From Chthonomonadaceae bacterium (GTDB lineage Bacteria > Armatimonadota > Chthonomonadetes > Chthonomonadales > Chthonomonadaceae): a DNA stretch of 50,745 nucleotides. The translations under genes and the position numbers were made by a program. Within the stretch, counting starts at the first letter, position 1; each line of letters begins with the position of its first letter. The notes beneath the pieces are model-generated. The model searched no databases. It saw only the letters and a program-made list of their open reading frames with translations, and was not told where the DNA came from. Positions 47,801 to 50,745 of this stretch are shown in pieces. Location of the stretch: contig DASRGZ010000118.1 in the NCBI GenBank assembly GCA_035650735.1, positions 1-50,745 of the forward strand. The letters run 5' to 3'.

Positions 47801-48430
47801 CTGCCGGATGGGATGGCGCTGCAATCCCAGCTAGAACTCAACCTGAGCCGCATCGTCGGCCCCTGGAGCAGCGGCCCGCTTGCCGTGCAGGTCCAACCTG
47901 GCAGCGCCACCCTGACCAACCGCATCGAGACCCCCGTCAACGTGACGCAGCTACGGCTCTACGACGCCACCGGCGCGATGCAGGCGGTTCCGGCGGAGCG
48001 CACGCTGGCTCCCGGCGAGTCGCAGCAGGTAACGCTGCCGGGGCCTGCTGGGGAGGTGCAGGCGGTCTACCAGGTGCCGCCGGGCAGCCCGGCCAGCATA
48101 GAAGAGATCGCGACCTATCTGGAGGACATCCGTACCAACGTGATCTTCGTCAACCTGGTCAACTACGCCAACCACGATCTGACGCAACTGGCCGTGCAGG
48201 CCCGCATCAAAGACGTGGATCAGACCTATAATCTGGCCTTTTCGGAAGACCAGCGCATCAGCGATGTGGCGATCCAGTTGCCGCTGACGACCTATCTGGA
48301 CAAGCACATTCTCCAGTTTCAGGTTACCAAGACGCTTAGCGCGGGCCAATCGGTCGCTACATCCTGGCTGGAATGGGACCTGGCGGCCCAGGGCAACGTC
48401 ATCAGCGTGACCTGGGACATGATCCAATAG
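44891..48430 (+). CDS. Uncharacterised 1179-aa protein with three apparent copies of the same module, no signal peptide
   Basis: Starts 13 nt after the previous stop with GGGAG; VYYLP/YWYAP/FLVLP-initiated modules separated by low-complexity linkers. Confidence 0.87.
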   Translation: MRYPNPAGPSGQQSWQTREVGVGDIRPRTLQMLPDAAHTGQPDVGQIVYYLPVAPQLGRTENGEPAFSLTLILRRQPTPEEETLDGLIQQGRLTLGLTLDVPSEAVEALGTSPDIAYRPLFARQVRFALAKDGQALEGGEAVATGANAHAGLSLDLDRENTLAVLDALERVPSAITVCAEVAYRTVMQAQKLHWKGNWADIYDFLKPSFGADNTIPYPALQQQFLDLFQADLLAAGYVSASGQETPVAETERAGLFSAFLRLANRQILQANTRLLLDDPGQTYALLDRPSPYYALDVSQTSAGLAAGEQTLMLTAPLEQLIGGLLDGRDANAYIHPVCPDPAGSGALVPVPPRVTTPSSSRQSRDVSAAPMCLAATGGPVKSMALAMRPDTSQPVPAKALAASDLARPILTDGGKHRWIYDDLILDRPDIPILLSLPVINDAQPSVVWRDRATPSKYWYAPAFEVVQPTPNQTADASPFLFTYKSSGATADGQPGLEATIRFTLRPIMAQEVQAALQALGNPEAHPVPTNNLAVALSLPYLDQNHATQTQRLAATVEPTGDTLLVTVSLLDATVRICYGALAYPNFQSIPAKLIVTYAFRAYVPIPDDDRLQLVYGGKIAVTPVVRPEVMEKPIASRAYLDASELAYKMPIGEMRFQREAPQAASYAAVVRDYAPNAALAPSPSASMGRGGAVALMERAAASAVALAPAPAATATAVVTTRPAAAAIAPAAQAVALKPGVVVRPDIEVAGILDKLRLQVHFAIQTQFHQEEPVALFPCATLGAFYLREADGEKAPIGCQDTFQLGQMVLKLYEEIPELKNESFYRVFRSLQQPGRFLVLPNVYRITRYAATEGSQAYHPVIVVHSAHDATTASNNRYFFEATLEPDLPPYVRRELQSRLKAYAASPVVEYPTEIESDTAYAWVLGVTDTQHIELKAGNAFWVSFGTDAANALILESLLKNSGISGVATFTLPDGMALQSQLELNLSRIVGPWSSGPLAVQVQPGSATLTNRIETPVNVTQLRLYDATGAMQAVPAERTLAPGESQQVTLPGPAGEVQAVYQVPPGSPASIEEIATYLEDIRTNVIFVNLVNYANHDLTQLAVQARIKDVDQTYNLAFSEDQRISDVAIQLPLTTYLDKHILQFQVTKTLSAGQSVATSWLEWDLAAQGNVISVTWDMIQ

Positions 48431-48477
48431 AACGGGAGGGGCACTCAGTTTGCTCATGCGGCCCTCAGCCTGGCAGA

Positions 48478-48783
48478 CCTCACCCCCTAACCCCCTCTCC
48501 TTTGTAAGAAGAGGGGGAACGGTGAAGCCAGGTTCTACCCTCATCCCCGGCCCTTCTCCCTGATAGGGAGAAGGGAGACGAGAAGCCAGGTTCTCCCCTC
48601 TCTCGCAGCGTGGATCGCTAGGCGGAGGGCTGTCGCGAGGTGTCGCAAGGCGGAGCCGGAGGCCGTAACTCCGGCGACCCTTGCAGTGGGCCGCACCATG
48701 GTAGGCCCGACCCTGGCAGTAGGGGCTAGAGGTGAGGGCTTCTGCTCCCCCCTCCTTGAGAAGGAGAGGGGCCGGGGGTGAGG
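48478..48783. repeat. Family C multi-unit mosaic containing family B flanking sub-repeats
   Basis: CCTCACCCCTAACCCCCTCTCC, CCCTCATCCCCGGCCCTTCTCCC, terminal GGAGAGGGGCCGGGGGTGAGG; GGCCCGACCCTGGCAGT is the reverse complement of 11276-11292. Confidence 0.8.
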
Positions 48784-48852
48784 TCTATTGAGGATAGGTG
48801 CGAGAACTGAATGACCCTGAGGAAGCGGAAGAGCAGACAAGGAGCGGTGGCA

Positions 48853-48906
48853 ATGAGCGATCAAAAATCCCGCTCACCGCTGCTCACGACCCACTGTCTA
48901 CAATAA
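48853..48906 (+). CDS. Possible 17-aa upstream ORF MSDQKSRSPLLTTHCLQ
   Basis: AAGGAG RBS; in frame with the protease; TAA stop overlaps the protease RBS (TAAGGAG). Confidence 0.3.
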   Translation: MSDQKSRSPLLTTHCLQ

Positions 48907-48918
48907 GGAGTTGTGACA

Positions 48919-50745
48919 ATGAGCGATGAGACCACAAACCAGGGCAGCTACTACTACGCCAACGGCCAGCGGATTCCGCTGGTTCAGGAGCCGGGCGTCT
49001 ATGCGGTGCGGTTCAAGACCGGCGAGCGCGCCGACTCCCCGGGGCTGTCTCTGATGGCCCGCCGCATACTCCGAGATCAATCGGAGAGCGTCAACTTTAT
49101 CCCCAACTATGGGCTGCAAGTCTATCGGACCAATACCGCCGTGGACACGCCCATCCAGGTCTTAAATCGGGAAGAGAGCGTAGAGTTCGCCACGCCCGCG
49201 TACCGGCGGCGGATTGAGGGCCAGACAAGCGATGTCCTCTACGTCACCAACCAGATCCTGGTGCAGTTCAAGCCCGACGTAGACCGCCAGACGATAGACG
49301 CGCTCAACCAGAAATACCAGACGCGCATCGTCGAGCCCCTCAAATACGCGCCCAACGGCTACCTGCTGGAGCTGGAGAGCGGGCCGAACGCCAATCGCGC
49401 CGTCGAAATCGCCAACGCCTACTACGAGTCGGGGCGGGTGATCTTCGCGATGCCTAACCTGATCAAGAAGCGCTATATCCGCTCCACTGCGGCCGTCGAG
49501 CCAATGATGGCGACCGCCGTGGCGACCGCTCGGCGGGATGTTTCCGAGGGCGGGGAGTATCTGGAGCAGCAGTGGCATCTAAGAACGGCTAAGGTGGTGG
49601 ACGCCTGGGAGCTTCCGGGCCTGATGTGCCCGCAGGGAGACCCCAACATCACCATCGCCATTCTCGATGACGGCGTAGATGTGGCCCACCCGGAGTTTAA
49701 CAAGACGCTCTCCAATGGCAGCGCGAAAGTGGCCATACAGCACGATTTCGCCGCCAACTCCGACGACGGCTCTCCCAAAGGCGCCGACGATAACCACGGC
49801 ACGTCATGCGCGGGCGTGGTGACGGCGGGCGGCGTCAAAGCCTATGGGGCCGCGCCCAACTGCCGCCTGATGGTCGGCATCACCCCGCTCTATCTCGGCG
49901 CGGTCGAAGAAGGCCAGATGTTCCAGTGGGCAGCGGACAATGGGGCCGACATCATCAGCTGTAGCTGGGGCGGGCGCGACGGCATCGGCCTGGTCGAGCC
50001 GCTCGCTGACAGCACCCGCACGGCCATCCATTACTGCGTGACCCAGGGCCGCGGCGGCAAGGGCATCCCGATCTTCTGGGCGGCGGGCAACGGCAACGAG
50101 TCGCTCGACCTGCCCGGCAAGCCCTGGCAGGCACGCGACGGCTACGCCGCCAACTATCCCGATGTCATGGCTATCGCCGCCTCCACCAGCAACGAGACCC
50201 GCGCCTACTATAGCGATTTCGGGCCGGAGGTCTGCGTCTGCGCGCCCTCCAGCGGCAACCTGGCCGCCGGCGAGAAGGGCATCTTTACCACCGACCGGGC
50301 CGGCGCGGACGGCTATAATCCGGGCACAACGGCCAAAGGCGACGCCGAAGGCAACTACACCAACAGCTTCGGCGGGACCTCCTCCGCTGCACCGCTCGTC
50401 GCCGGGATCGCCGCCCTGATGCTCTCGGCCAATCCTGACCTCAAGCCCAGCGATGTGCGCGATATTCTGGGCAAGACGGCGGACAAGATCGGCAGTGCCT
50501 CGGAGTACGATTCCAACGGGCACAGCGAGAACTACGGGTACGGGCGCGTGAACGCCAAAGCCGCCGTCCAGATGGCCAGCAGCTACCGCGGCAGCCCGGC
50601 GCCTGCCTCCGGCAAGCCGACGATCCAGGGGCCTGGGAGCATCTCACGCTCCAGCAATGACCCGCCCGAGTTCCAGGTGGACCCCAGCCCGAACCCTTAC
50701 TACATCGTGGAGGTCGCCACCCAGGCTCAGCTCTTCGACACGACC
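48919..50745 (+). CDS. S8 subtilisin/kexin-like serine protease, 3'-truncated by the window end (absent from the ORF track)
   Basis: Manual translation from ATG 48919: IAILDDG (D 49666), NHGTSCAG (H 49795), ISCSWG, GRGGKG..FWAAGNG, FGGTSSAAP (S 50380); prodomain without signal peptide. Confidence 0.93.
   Translation, partial: MSDETTNQGSYYYANGQRIPLVQEPGVYAVRFKTGERADSPGLSLMARRILRDQSESVNFIPNYGLQVYRTNTAVDTPIQVLNREESVEFATPAYRRRIEGQTSDVLYVTNQILVQFKPDVDRQTIDALNQKYQTRIVEPLKYAPNGYLLELESGPNANRAVEIANAYYESGRVIFAMPNLIKKRYIRSTAAVEPMMATAVATARRDVSEGGEYLEQQWHLRTAKVVDAWELPGLMCPQGDPNITIAILDDGVDVAHPEFNKTLSNGSAKVAIQHDFAANSDDGSPKGADDNHGTSCAGVVTAGGVKAYGAAPNCRLMVGITPLYLGAVEEGQMFQWAADNGADIISCSWGGRDGIGLVEPLADSTRTAIHYCVTQGRGGKGIPIFWAAGNGNESLDLPGKPWQARDGYAANYPDVMAIAASTSNETRAYYSDFGPEVCVCAPSSGNLAAGEKGIFTTDRAGADGYNPGTTAKGDAEGNYTNSFGGTSSAAPLVAGIAALMLSANPDLKPSDVRDILGKTADKIGSASEYDSNGHSENYGYGRVNAKAAVQMASSYRGSPAPASGKPTIQGPGSISRSSNDPPEFQVDPSPNPYYIVEVATQAQLFDTT

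Noticed and set aside
48605..48725. Structured core with TAACTCC and GCGGAGGG as a twister-like ribozyme or ncRNA
   Set aside because: The conserved loop-4 sequence is missing, the P2 pairing fails, and part of it matches repeat flanks at 11276-11292
833..50647. Many long antisense or alternate-frame ORFs in the track (e.g. 833-2431, 2332-3660, 21405-22874, 32399-33844, 39908-41374, 45167-46525)
   Set aside because: Shadow ORFs of well-supported genes caused by high GC3; no motifs or RBS

Overview
GC-rich bacterial chromosomal window. The gene content (transcriptional T-box, SLH-like protein, LolA-like protein) suggests a diderm lineage such as Armatimonadota; this is inference only. 0.3-13.9 kb is one minus-strand branched-chain amino-acid operon: promoter, Leu-type T-box, ilvB, acidic-tail hypothetical, two paralogous TPR glycosyltransferases, ilvN, membrane protein, SAM methyltransferase, ilvC, metY-like, leuA and an orphan antitoxin-like ORF, interrupted by several palindromic repeat families. 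14-42 kb holds mostly housekeeping, envelope and catabolic genes: LolA-like, a four-GAF protein with no output domain, pcp, ispA, solA-like, glycoside hydrolases, dapF, uppP, murA-mreB, aldo/keto reductase, and an amidohydrolase + SelA/DgaE-like PLP enzyme with a divergent Rid-like protein. The best candidate for an undescribed system is 42.4-50.7 kb: two large signal-peptide-less proteins (811 and 1179 aa) built from one shared uncharacterised module, followed by a signal-peptide-less kexin-like S8 protease that runs off the window. R-x-x-R motifs occur in low-complexity linkers of all three proteins, suggesting a protease-activated, possibly pore-forming or polymerising assembly (hypothesis). 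No rRNA, tRNA, CRISPR array or transposase was recognised.
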